From assembly GCA_963827485.1 (NCBI GenBank), contig CAWHBB010000003.1, forward strand, positions 23,476 to 87,475: a DNA stretch of 64,000 nt. The letters run 5' to 3'. Each line of letters starts with the position of its first letter. Position 1 is the stretch's first letter. Below, piece after piece: positions 9,156 to 17,887 of the stretch. Below the pieces are notes generated by a model. The model was not told where the DNA came from and did no database searches. It saw only the letters and a list, made by a program, of their open reading frames with translations. The translations under genes were made by a program, and so were the position numbers. Source of the DNA: Chlamydiia bacterium (GTDB lineage Bacteria > Chlamydiota > Chlamydiia > Chlamydiales > JAAKFR01).

Positions 9156-9637
9156 TGGCAACGTCGAAGAGAAGGATGGGCAGGGGCCCCGCCCTTGCCC
9201 TATCAGCTCGCTTTGAGGAGGGTCGCCTCCTCTCGACATCGCTTGCACCGAGCGACCAGTTCACTGTCGAGGTGATGGGCGATGCGGGCGATAGAGGGGA
9301 GCTTCTCCTCCACTGGGCAAAAGCCTATAGCGAGCGTCGTCACCTACCTGTCGATCGGCTCTGCGATCTTGCAGATACGCCTCCTTTCAGGGCGCGAGTT
9401 TTAAATCGACTGATGGCAGTCGAGATGGGAGAGACCCTTTCCTATGGAGAGCTGGCCGCCTCCCTTGGGGCGCCTCTTGCACAGAGGGCGGTCGGTACCG
9501 CTTGTGGACGCAACCCTTTCCCTCTATTAATTCCTTGTCATCGCATCCTTGCAAAAGGGGGCTCGCTCGGTGGATTTCTCTTCGGTCTGGAAATTAAAAA
9601 AATGCTTTTAAAATTCGAAGCTGCTCTTTTAATTTAA
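9155..9637 (+). CDS. ogt: methylated-DNA--protein-cysteine methyltransferase
   Basis: Active-site LIPCHRIL and the SYGELA...G.A.A.RAVG.A...NP motif. Confidence 0.85.
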   Translation: MATSKRRMGRGPALALSARFEEGRLLSTSLAPSDQFTVEVMGDAGDRGELLLHWAKAYSERRHLPVDRLCDLADTPPFRARVLNRLMAVEMGETLSYGELAASLGAPLAQRAVGTACGRNPFPLLIPCHRILAKGGSLGGFLFGLEIKKMLLKFEAALLI

Positions 9638-9658
9638 CCACAAAAACTTTATAATGAT

Positions 9659-9838
9659 TAGACCTCTTGCATAATTCGCTTTGGAGGCCAAAACGGATGG
9701 ATCTGCCTGTGGGTTCAGCTAAGCGCATGTTGACATACTCGATTGAGAGTAGGCGACATGCGCGCGGCTGAATTCCGCAGGATTCCCACAGGCAGAGGCG
9801 CGGTTTTGGCCCCAAATGGAGTTAGTGCAAGAGGTCTA
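9659..9838. mobile_element. RE-B1: 180-bp TA-flanked MITE-like palindromic element
   Basis: Termini are TAGACCTCTTGC...GCAAGAGGTCTA. Roughly 90 percent identical by eye to 51552-51730. Nested stems (GGCCAAAAC/GTTTTGGCC, CTGCCTGTGGG/CCCACAGGCAG, GCGCATGT/ACATGCGC). Confidence 0.75.
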
Positions 9839-9861
9839 TTTAGTAAATTCTTATATAAACT

Positions 9862-10920
9862 ATGGATCCTTTAGCCGCCTATTCACCCGAACAGCTCAAG
9901 CCCTACTACAACCACAAATTTGCGAAAGAGGTGCAGATGCTGGCCTCTTTGGCGGTTATCCTCTCGATTGCCTTTGCAGCGATACTGGCAAGCACCCATG
10001 GAACGAGCTACTTCCTCACCCAAGATGCGCTTCCTTGCACAGTGGTTGCAGGAGCTGCCTTTTTCTTCGGTCTCCTTGTGATTGCGATCGCAGGTGCGAT
10101 GCGCATGCGAGCCACTCGCGAGATGAAGGCGCTTGAGCCTAAAGTGCAAGGCGAGGCGGATGCCCAAGAAGCTGAGGCTCTGGAGAGCGATTGCGACAGC
10201 GATGCTCAAGTGAGTTCCCCCTCCCAGGCAAGCGGTGAGGCGCTAGGCCCCACGTCGATTCTCTATTCGGAAAGTCCCAGATCCTCGAGAAGAGGCTCAC
10301 GCTTGAGCTCTCCCGCTCTCAGCCGCAGAGCCTCTTTTGTTCAAGGTCTAGGCGGCCTCGCCTCTCTCCCCACTACTCCGAGGCGAACCCCTCTTGCGCC
10401 AAGGACGCCTGCAACGGTTGCGAGAGTTGAGGACGACGCTCCCGCAAGAGAGCTCAATTTTGATGAAGAGCTCGATGCAGTTGTTGTAGCTGCCCGGGAG
10501 CCGGCCAGAGAGGCGGAGGCAGGAGCTCGAGTAGCTGAGGCAGCGCCTTCTCCCATAGAGGCGCCGCTCTCCGCAGGACCGGGAGCCGCCGTCGCTGCTG
10601 CTGCCGATGGAGTCGCTCCAGAGGCCCTTGCAGCTCCAAGAGTGAGTGCGGCTAAAATGAAAAAGGAGATCAATAGATGCCTGAAAGCGCTCCTAGAGGC
10701 CTTTAGCGGTATGTTTGGTGCAATGGTCGACGCTGACTATCGCGCCGCCCACGCTCGTAGCTCTAAAATAAAACCGACAGAGGAGGAGCTAGACGCGCCG
10801 CCACGCAGTGAGTCAAGCAATGCGCTTGATGAATCAGTTCACCCAGGCAGTCCGAGACCCCCAAGTGCTTTTCAATCTGGTTCTCAAGAGCTTGCTCAAA
10901 TCCACCAATTCCGAATTTGA
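9862..10920 (+). CDS. Inc-like membrane protein (bilobed hydrophobic domain), Ala/Pro-rich tail
   Basis: Two TM segments (MLASLAVILSIAFAAILAS and CTVVAGAAFFFGLLVIAIAGAM) are separated by a 14-aa loop near the N-terminus. The rest is low complexity. Confidence 0.45.
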   Translation: MDPLAAYSPEQLKPYYNHKFAKEVQMLASLAVILSIAFAAILASTHGTSYFLTQDALPCTVVAGAAFFFGLLVIAIAGAMRMRATREMKALEPKVQGEADAQEAEALESDCDSDAQVSSPSQASGEALGPTSILYSESPRSSRRGSRLSSPALSRRASFVQGLGGLASLPTTPRRTPLAPRTPATVARVEDDAPARELNFDEELDAVVVAAREPAREAEAGARVAEAAPSPIEAPLSAGPGAAVAAAADGVAPEALAAPRVSAAKMKKEINRCLKALLEAFSGMFGAMVDADYRAAHARSSKIKPTEEELDAPPRSESSNALDESVHPGSPRPPSAFQSGSQELAQIHQFRI

Positions 10921-12436
10921 CGACCACCCCGATGAGACTTTCCATAAGGTAGTTTTTGCAAAGAGTTTTGGATCCTATCACAATGACCAGCTCCTGCCTC
11001 TCGTGCATAAATATCAAGCCTATAAGGGCCATGTGAGGCGCAGAGAGCAGGCGACGGCCGATCTCTTTGCTGCTCTGAGGGAGGGGGGCAACTTTAAGAA
11101 GGTCATCGACGGAGTGGAGGCTTTCTTTACCACACTATTTGAGGTAGGAGCGGGGGAGCCACCCCCTAAAAAGAGCTACCTCTTAAGGAAAACGATCGTC
11201 CTTGATTGCCTTATGCCGCTGCTAAAGGACAACCAGAAAAAGATCCTTAGAAATGATGCAGTTGCAGAGAAGCTGAGCGCATTGCTCGAATGTGCAGGCA
11301 AGGAAGATGCAGAGGCGAGCGATCATGCCTTTAACGTTGCGCTACAGCAGGCTTTAGTGGCTCTTGTGCAAGCTTTGCCAGCCGATGTTCTAAAGGAGCG
11401 AGAGGAGGAGATAGCCCCTCTTCTATTCACCTTTTGCGAATCCCATGTCACCAGCCAGCTGAAGATGGGCCTTGAGCGGTTCAAACCCTACCTTCGCAAG
11501 GTATTTGGCCTGAGCAATCCAACCCAGTTTGAAAAAACGATTAGAGAGATGCAGCTCCACGACCGTATTCGCGAAGCAGGTGGTGATCCAGAGGTGGAAA
11601 GCGGCAGGAGCCATCCCCCCACGGTTGCCGAAGTGCTGGAAGCAGAGAAGCGTATTAGCGAAGAGATGGGCTTAGAGGTCAATCTCTTGGTTTATGATTT
11701 TGGTTCGATCAAATCCTTCACCGACTTCGAAGAGGGTGAAGAAACATTTGAAAATGTGAAGTTTAATTATGACAAGTTCTTTGCTCAGGAGGATCACCCA
11801 GTTGTCATGTGCGCCAGAGCCAAATGGGGCGACGATCTCGCTAAGGTGCTAGAGCCTCTCAAAAGGGTCCAGCAGAGCGTCTTTTCTCTCGAAGGCACCT
11901 CCTATGTCATGATCCCCATTCCCCAAGCGATGGCCTATCCCCACTTTAAAGTTGATAAAAAGGCGCGATGGGGTCTATGGGGCTTCCAGAAAAACCGGTT
12001 CGAAGGGAATCTGAGTACAAAATGGGCACTGCAATTGGGCCTTAAAGAGATAGATAAAGAGACACCGGTCAAAGTGCAGGATATGTCCCCCCTCTTGAAG
12101 GCCATTGAGTTGTTCTATGATGGCCTCATACGGCCTTTTTACTATGCTCTATTCGACGAGAAAGGTTGGACGAGCACCACCCCCGGCTATTTCAAAGAGC
12201 CCTTCGAGATATTGGTCGAGGGATTTGAAACACTGTTCGATCGACTCGCCGAGCTCAACAATCCCACTCTTGCCGCGTTAACGCCCCATGTCGTTGAGGT
12301 TCTGGCGGAAATGCAGAGCAGATTCGAAGAGGTCGACACTCAAGTGGAGCACGCCCCTCGAGTGCGTGCCGCCCGCCCCGAATCTAAGGTGGGTAGCCGC
12401 GCCTCTTCTAGACGGGGTTCGGCCGACCTGGCCTAG
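10808..12436 (+). CDS. hypothetical protein (542 aa)
   Basis: Long ORF with coding-like composition. Overlaps the previous ORF by 113 nt in another frame. GTG 10808 or ATG 10820 are possible starts. No recognisable domain. Confidence 0.5.
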   Translation: MSQAMRLMNQFTQAVRDPQVLFNLVLKSLLKSTNSEFDDHPDETFHKVVFAKSFGSYHNDQLLPLVHKYQAYKGHVRRREQATADLFAALREGGNFKKVIDGVEAFFTTLFEVGAGEPPPKKSYLLRKTIVLDCLMPLLKDNQKKILRNDAVAEKLSALLECAGKEDAEASDHAFNVALQQALVALVQALPADVLKEREEEIAPLLFTFCESHVTSQLKMGLERFKPYLRKVFGLSNPTQFEKTIREMQLHDRIREAGGDPEVESGRSHPPTVAEVLEAEKRISEEMGLEVNLLVYDFGSIKSFTDFEEGEETFENVKFNYDKFFAQEDHPVVMCARAKWGDDLAKVLEPLKRVQQSVFSLEGTSYVMIPIPQAMAYPHFKVDKKARWGLWGFQKNRFEGNLSTKWALQLGLKEIDKETPVKVQDMSPLLKAIELFYDGLIRPFYYALFDEKGWTSTTPGYFKEPFEILVEGFETLFDRLAELNNPTLAALTPHVVEVLAEMQSRFEEVDTQVEHAPRVRAARPESKVGSRASSRRGSADLA

Positions 12437-12496
12437 AAATTGCTTCTACACTGTTCGGATCACTGGTCAGATCATTGGCAGACCACTGGAGGGATT

Positions 12497-12679
12497 GTGG
12501 AAGAGAAGAAGCGGCTCTACAAGAAAATAGCCCATCTCGAATTTCTCAATGACCAGCTGCAGAGCGAGCTTCGCTATATCGACCGGCTGCTCAGGCTGAT
12601 CGGCTTTCCCGAAGGTTTAAACACGGTCAAAGAGAGTGCCGAAGAGGTACGCGGCGAGGAAGGCTTCGAAGAGGTCTAA
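12497..12679 (+). CDS. small coiled-coil hypothetical protein
   Basis: In-frame GTG start. EEKKRLYKKIAHLEFLNDQLQSELRYIDRLLRLIG heptad-like pattern. Weak call. Confidence 0.3.
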   Translation: MEEKKRLYKKIAHLEFLNDQLQSELRYIDRLLRLIGFPEGLNTVKESAEEVRGEEGFEEV

Positions 12680-12854
12680 TGGTTCAGCCTATGCTCTCTT
12701 GAAAACAAGATCGGGCCCGGGCTCGCAAACGTTCACGTTCACGAAAGAGTGCCGATACATTGTTTATCCAAAAGGCCTTCTTCCTTACCTTCGATCCATG
12801 GAGAATAGAGACCTCTTTGCGAAAAATAGCCCCAGGAGCTCTTTCGTGAACGTT

Positions 12855-14449
12855 CCCTAATTGCGCCGATTAAGTCAACATTTTCTCTTTTCCTCATTCT
12901 CAAGAGCTTCTTGGGAGTAGACCAACACAAGACTTCATCCACGGTTCCCTACGGGATCTATTTAAGAGGACTTTTTTCTTGCCCTCGTCCCATTATGCTG
13001 TGCGAATGGCTCAAGCCTGACAATGTGAACGACGGCTCTCTAGATAAACTAGGGCCAACGGTTATGACGTCTATGGCTTGGACATTCGGTCTGTCTTGTG
13101 AGGTTGACTCTTTCGCTCCTATTGTTTTTTTGCAAAAAAATGGAATCAAAGTTTTAGGGGGCGCCCCGCAGAATGGCCTTTAGGCCATTCCAAGAGCCTG
13201 TTCAGGCTCTCGCCGGCGAAGCCGGCGGCGGGGCGCCAGGGCAGGCCCTTTAGCCTTTGACACCACAGCTTCTTTGGAAGCGCCCTCTGGCGTACCCTCA
13301 GAAGGCCTTTCTTCTCCTGTCATAAAAGGCGTTTCCGTCACAAGCATCCTATGTAGAATCACTGCAAGCTTGCGGGCAACTGCAACCGCTGCTTTCTTAT
13401 GACCCTTCTTCTTGGCCAGCTTTAGACCCCAGCTTTTTAATTTGCTAGAGCCCTTTGTACGCGTTAGATGGACCACGGCTGCTTCTACAAGAAGAGACCT
13501 CGTGTTCGTATCCCCACACTTTGAAATCTTGCCTGTTCTCGAAGTCTCGCCAGATTCATATAGCCGGGGGGTGAGACCAAGGTAGGCGGCAACGCTTTTA
13601 GAATTTTTGAATCTAGATGGATCTCCAATGGCTGTTTTGAAGCTGAGGGCTGTCTGCACACCTACTCCAGGTACTGTCATCAGTACTTTGACCACCTCAT
13701 CCTCTTTAGCTAGCCCTTTAAGATAGCACTCTAGTTCCTCTACCTTTGCATTAACTGACTTGATGCTGCTCAAAAGCGCCTCCACAGATATGCTAAGGGC
13801 AATATCATTCTTATCTATCGAGCTCATCACCTTGGCCTCAAACTCTTTCCTAGAGGCCTTGATGCGTATGCCGTAGGACTTGAGAAGTCCACGTAGGGTA
13901 TTTTTGAGCTTTACCGCTCCTCTTATTAGGGCCTTTCTGGCTGTCACCGCCGTGCGTATGGCTACATCCGCCTCGCTTTTGATGGTGACCTCCTTACAGT
14001 AGCTGCCCCTGAGGGCTTGGGCTATCCCTCTGGCATCATTCTTATCATTTTTGTTGATCTGAGTGGAAAGTAAAGCGGCCATTTGCCGTGCATCGATGCA
14101 GACAGCCGGTAGGGCAAGCTTTTGAAGCTCTCGAGTAAGCCAATTGCTCAGAGAGCCGCTTTCAAGGCCTACCTTTTCAATAAGCAGCCCCTTACTTTGG
14201 AGATAAGCGGCTATCTGCTCAGGACCAGAATAAACCACAGTCTCGTGGATAACCTTGCCTCTCTCATCGATTACACAGATAGATGTTTCTTCCATAGAAA
14301 CGTCGAGTCCAACATAATGTCTCACGGGTTGCTTCTCCTTTTGTAATAGTTAACGATTGTTAACTTAATGCATGGAGAGCCTAGGCTACTCCGAGGCTTT
14401 TTAGCCAGAGAGCAACCCGCCTTTCCATTCCAACGCGCAATTACAGCAT
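12855..14449 (-). mobile_element. IS110/IS1111-family insertion sequence (about 1.6 kb)
   Basis: Boundaries come from comparison with the uninterrupted RE-C copy 1. GTGAACGTT is present at both junctions (12846-12854, 14450-14458). Sub-terminal 9-nt IRs: TAATTGCGC (12858-12866) and GCGCAATTA (14435-14443). Confidence 0.75.
13180..14325 (-). CDS. IS110 family transposase (DEDD RuvC-like recombinase)
   Basis: N-terminal YVGLDVS...ICVID, later DKNDARGIA, and a C-terminal MTVPGVGVQTALSF...AAYLGLTPRLYESGE motif. GTG start with AAGGAG SD. Confidence 0.9.
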   Translation of the reverse strand: MRHYVGLDVSMEETSICVIDERGKVIHETVVYSGPEQIAAYLQSKGLLIEKVGLESGSLSNWLTRELQKLALPAVCIDARQMAALLSTQINKNDKNDARGIAQALRGSYCKEVTIKSEADVAIRTAVTARKALIRGAVKLKNTLRGLLKSYGIRIKASRKEFEAKVMSSIDKNDIALSISVEALLSSIKSVNAKVEELECYLKGLAKEDEVVKVLMTVPGVGVQTALSFKTAIGDPSRFKNSKSVAAYLGLTPRLYESGETSRTGKISKCGDTNTRSLLVEAAVVHLTRTKGSSKLKSWGLKLAKKKGHKKAAVAVARKLAVILHRMLVTETPFMTGEERPSEGTPEGASKEAVVSKAKGPALAPRRRLRRREPEQALGMA

Positions 14450-14532
14450 GTGAACGTTTGCGAGCCCGGGCCCGATCTTCTCCATAAGAAGAGATTTGGG
14501 AGCTATTTCATGAACGTGAACAACTATGAACT

Positions 14533-15192
14533 TTAAGGAGGGCTGGCTTCGGGCGCTTTCTGCTTTCTAATCAGCATCAGCGATCGCAAATAGGGAATAA
14601 GACCGCTGCCATATTGGGCAAAAGAGATCCAGTCGTGAATCCGGACAAAGTAGACGAGCGAGAGAAGGCTCCCTATTAGGCTCAACCAGAAGAAGGAGGC
14701 GCCGATTTCGCTTGTCTGCTTTTTCTCAGCAAACCACCACTGCACCCAAAAGCGAGCCGCAAAGAGAAAGCCCCCGAGGCAGCCCATCAGGTGCCAGACG
14801 AGAGAGGTCTGCTGTTCGAAGAGGGGGGTTGCCATCCATTTGGGAGAGAAGAAGAGGAAAAAGAGCAGCACGAAGAGGGTGGCTGCGATTTCAAAGGCAA
14901 TGACCGTTGAAAAGGCTTTGGGCGCCCTCTTCTTTTGCATCAGGTCGAGATTGCGCCAGGCGATGACAGCAGTGACCGCCTGGATGAGCGCAAAGGGAAA
15001 CTGCATCTGCACGATGTAGTGGACCATCTGAAACGCATTGCCCGCAAGCGATAGCTGCCAGAAAAGCCGCGGACTGACGCTGCGGCCCGCTCGCTCGCTT
15101 GCAATCCAGAGAACCAGCATGCGCATCGAGAAAAAGAGGCTGGGAAGTAGGCCTAGGGGCAGATAGAGAAGGGCGCGCAGGCTATCGCTCAT
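14533..15192 (-). CDS. lipid-A-disaccharide synthase N-terminal (LAB_N) domain membrane protein
   Basis: Two LAB_N-like repeats (SLFFSMRMLVLWIASERAGRSV...; FLFAARFWVQWWFAEKKQTSE...). Confidence 0.65.
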   Translation of the reverse strand: MSDSLRALLYLPLGLLPSLFFSMRMLVLWIASERAGRSVSPRLFWQLSLAGNAFQMVHYIVQMQFPFALIQAVTAVIAWRNLDLMQKKRAPKAFSTVIAFEIAATLFVLLFFLFFSPKWMATPLFEQQTSLVWHLMGCLGGFLFAARFWVQWWFAEKKQTSEIGASFFWLSLIGSLLSLVYFVRIHDWISFAQYGSGLIPYLRSLMLIRKQKAPEASPP

Positions 15193-16148
15193 GCGCTCTC
15201 CCCCACGCTACAACCAGAGAGCTGTTTCCAAAGATGTTTTCGGCGGAAAGGCTTATTCGCCTCCCTCGCATCGAATGGCCTCAGAGCCCCCACCAGCTGA
15301 CACGATCTCGAACAGCAGCCCACCGCCTGCTCTAGGCAGCTTTTGCAGGAGAGAAAGAGGGTGTTGCACTGCATATTGGCGCAGTTGAAATAGGTGTCGC
15401 ACTCCTCCCGGCAGTAGTGGCAGTGGCTAATCGCAGGCGCCCCTTTCCTCTCATCGATCGGGATGGCGAGGCGATCGTCGAAGACGAAGAGTTTGCCCTT
15501 CCAGAGCTTGCTGCCGACGCGCGCACCGTAGTTGAGAATGCCCCCCTGCAACTGGCTGACCTGAGAGAAGCCCTCCCGTTTCATCAGCGCTGAAAAAAGC
15601 TCGCAGCGGATGCCGCCCGTGCAGTACATCAGAACAGCTGTTTTGCTCGGGTCATAGCGCTCTTTGAGCTTGGCGATGTAGCCTGGAAACTCCCTGAAGA
15701 GCTGTAAGGGGGGCAGATGGGCCCCTTCAAAGTGGCCTATCTTCGATTCATACTGGTTGCGCACATCGATCACAAGCTTGTCGCCCTCGCTCTCTAATGC
15801 CTCGGCGAAGGCCTCCGGAGAGAGGTAGTCGCCCCGCTTCTCGAGATCGACCTCTCTATCGAACGCCACCAGCTGCTCGCGGATTTTCACCGTCATTCGA
15901 GGGAAGATATTCTCCTCGCAGAATTGGGTGTTGAAGATCATCCCCTTGAAGCGCTCATCCTCGGTGAGCCAGAGCTGGTAGGCCTTCATCGCCTCCTCCG
16001 GGCCGCTCACCTGCACATTGATTCCCTGGCGGGAGATATAGATGCGCCCCGTGCAGCCGCGCTCTTTGAAAAAAGCGAGGTGGCGCGCTCTCTCTTTTTC
16101 AGGGTCGGCAAGCGGGATAAACCGGTAGCAGGCGAGGGCAAGGTGCAT
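15189..16148 (-). CDS. trhO: rhodanese-related tRNA U34 hydroxylase (UPF0176/YceA)
   Basis: Rhodanese active site MYCTGGIRCE, N-terminal RIYISRQGINVQVSG, and a C-terminal Cys cluster. Confidence 0.85.
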   Translation of the reverse strand: MHLALACYRFIPLADPEKERARHLAFFKERGCTGRIYISRQGINVQVSGPEEAMKAYQLWLTEDERFKGMIFNTQFCEENIFPRMTVKIREQLVAFDREVDLEKRGDYLSPEAFAEALESEGDKLVIDVRNQYESKIGHFEGAHLPPLQLFREFPGYIAKLKERYDPSKTAVLMYCTGGIRCELFSALMKREGFSQVSQLQGGILNYGARVGSKLWKGKLFVFDDRLAIPIDERKGAPAISHCHYCREECDTYFNCANMQCNTLFLSCKSCLEQAVGCCSRSCQLVGALRPFDAREANKPFRRKHLWKQLSGCSVGESA

Positions 16149-16277
16149 TTTTTTTATAAAAAACAGTTTGTGTCAGCTAGGTAAATTATAAGGGTTGGAG
16201 ACAATTCCATTGTAGGAAATTGAGAGCCGAATTACAATTTCCCTCTCACTTTACTGGAGTTTGAGGAAGAGGAAATC

Positions 16278-16904
16278 ATGGTTCGCTATCTGGGTCCCAA
16301 GAATCGTATCGCACGCCGTTTTGGCGCCAATGTTTTTGGACGCATGAAGAATCCCCTGCTCAAACGCACCAATCCCCCGGGGATGCACGGCGCCAAGCGC
16401 AAGAAGAAATCGGAGTTTGGCCTCGTTCTCGAAGAGAAGCAGAAGCTGAAGGCGTGCTACGGCATCATGACTGAAAAGCAACTTGTAGGCGCCTACCGGA
16501 AAGCGCTACAGGAAGAGGGCAACACCGCCCAACTTCTCATGGAGAAGCTGGAGTGCCGCCTCGACAATCTGGTCTACCGCCTCAAGTTTGGCAGAACCCT
16601 TTTCGCAGCCCAGCAGCTCGTCTCTCACGGCCACATCATGGTCAACGGACGCAAAGTGGACCGCCGCTCTTTCCTCGTCAAACCGGGCATGGTGATTGCG
16701 GTGCGCGAAAAGTCGCGCAAGCTAAAAGCGATTCAGGACTCTCTGGAGACAGCGCCTCGCGAAGTGCCCGACTACATGTCGCTTGAAAAGGAGCAGTTCT
16801 CGGGCAAGCTCCTCATGGTTCCCGACCTCTCGCAGGTTGAAGGTCAGCTTCCGCTGCCGATCAATGTGCCTCTCATCTGCGACTTTCTTGCCCACCATAA
16901 TTAA
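16278..16904 (+). CDS. rpsD: 30S ribosomal protein S4
   Basis: MVRYLGPKNRIARRFG N-terminus and S4 domain RLDNLVYRLKFGRTLFAAQQLVSHGHIMVNG. Confidence 0.95.
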   Translation: MVRYLGPKNRIARRFGANVFGRMKNPLLKRTNPPGMHGAKRKKKSEFGLVLEEKQKLKACYGIMTEKQLVGAYRKALQEEGNTAQLLMEKLECRLDNLVYRLKFGRTLFAAQQLVSHGHIMVNGRKVDRRSFLVKPGMVIAVREKSRKLKAIQDSLETAPREVPDYMSLEKEQFSGKLLMVPDLSQVEGQLPLPINVPLICDFLAHHN

Positions 16905-16921
16905 TCCCAGCTGGGAGTTCT

Positions 16922-17875
16922 GTGAACTTTCTCAAGCTTCTTGCCAGCTGCTTTCTCCTAGCTCTGTTTGGAGCTAAAGCGGCTTGTGACGAGCCCGCAA
17001 AAAAGATCAATCTGGTCTGGCAGGTAGGCGACTACTGGGAGGAGGAGTGGATACATGAAGTGCTCGCCGATGTGGAGTATGAAGAGATCCGCGATGGCAA
17101 GTATGAGGTTTTCAAGGACAATTCGATCGTTGTCATCAACTACTCAGACAATGACTATTTCCAGAAGCTTCATGCGATGGGTTACAAGTATGGCGTCATC
17201 CAACTGAGCGACGAGTGCTACACCACGAAGGACAACTACTCCGCTTTTGCCGCCTTTGTGCTGCGCAATTACTGGCATAAAAAATATCTGAATAGCCCCA
17301 AAATCAAAGCCTTTGCCCTCGGTTATAAGAGGGGGTTTTGGCAAGGTTGCTCTCAAAGCCCAACACGAGAAGCGGCTTTACGCAAATACACCTGGAGCTT
17401 TGCTGGGCAGATATCCAAATCGAGCCGGCGCTCCATGGCTGAGAACATGAGGAAATTCAGCAACCACTTCGTGCATGAGATCGCCTATTTCACCGATCCG
17501 AGTTGGCTCTCGATCGATAAATACCGCGATCTGATGCTCGATTCGGTCTTTGTCCCCTGCCCGCGGGGCAACTGGAATTTGGACTCTTTCCGGGTCTATG
17601 AAACGCTTGAGTGCGGCTCTATCCCGATTGTGGAGAAGGGCCCTCTCGATTATTTCACCCTCTTTCTGGGTCCCAATCCCTTCATCACCGTCGTCTCCTG
17701 GGATGAGGCTCCCCCGATCATAGAGGCGCTCCTTGCCGACCCTGCTCGCCTGGAGGCGAAGCGAAAAGAGTGCTACGATTGGTGGCTGAACTACAAAAAA
17801 ACGCTACAGCAAGAGGTGGCAACCCTCATCAAAAACTCCTTTGGCATTGACCAAGAGGGAGTCTCGAGCAAATAA
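16922..17875 (+). CDS. secreted exostosin-like (GT47-like) glycosyltransferase candidate
   Basis: Signal peptide MNFLKLLASCFLLALFGAKA. VFVPCPRGNWNLDSFRVYETLECGSIPIVE resembles the exostosin C-terminal motif. GTG start. Confidence 0.45.
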   Translation: MNFLKLLASCFLLALFGAKAACDEPAKKINLVWQVGDYWEEEWIHEVLADVEYEEIRDGKYEVFKDNSIVVINYSDNDYFQKLHAMGYKYGVIQLSDECYTTKDNYSAFAAFVLRNYWHKKYLNSPKIKAFALGYKRGFWQGCSQSPTREAALRKYTWSFAGQISKSSRRSMAENMRKFSNHFVHEIAYFTDPSWLSIDKYRDLMLDSVFVPCPRGNWNLDSFRVYETLECGSIPIVEKGPLDYFTLFLGPNPFITVVSWDEAPPIIEALLADPARLEAKRKECYDWWLNYKKTLQQEVATLIKNSFGIDQEGVSSK

Positions 17876-17887
17876 AAGAGCGTTGTA

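Larger units (their letters stand above)
12709..14477. repeat. RE-C copy 2: landing-pad palindrome split by the IS
   Basis: Perfect 28-nt inverted repeat: 12709-12736 GATCGGGCCCGGGCTCGCAAACGTTCAC versus 14450-14477. The internal module CACGTTCACGAAA...TTTGCGAAAAAT...TTTCGTGAACGTT is shared with copy 1. Confidence 0.7.

Noticed and set aside
9594-9815. ORF MGPKPRLCLWESCGIQPR... inside RE-B1, with a counterpart at 51457..51708 inside RE-B3.
   Set aside because: Its conservation is explained by the about 90 percent nucleotide identity of the repeat. There is no SD and the ends differ in the two contexts. It should be re-examined if the element proves to be transcribed.
12911-13183. 90-aa ORF on the plus strand inside the IS, opposite and downstream of the transposase.
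   Set aside because: No recognisable motif and odd composition. The region is better explained as the non-coding 3' arm of an IS1111-type element, which is a bridge-RNA candidate.
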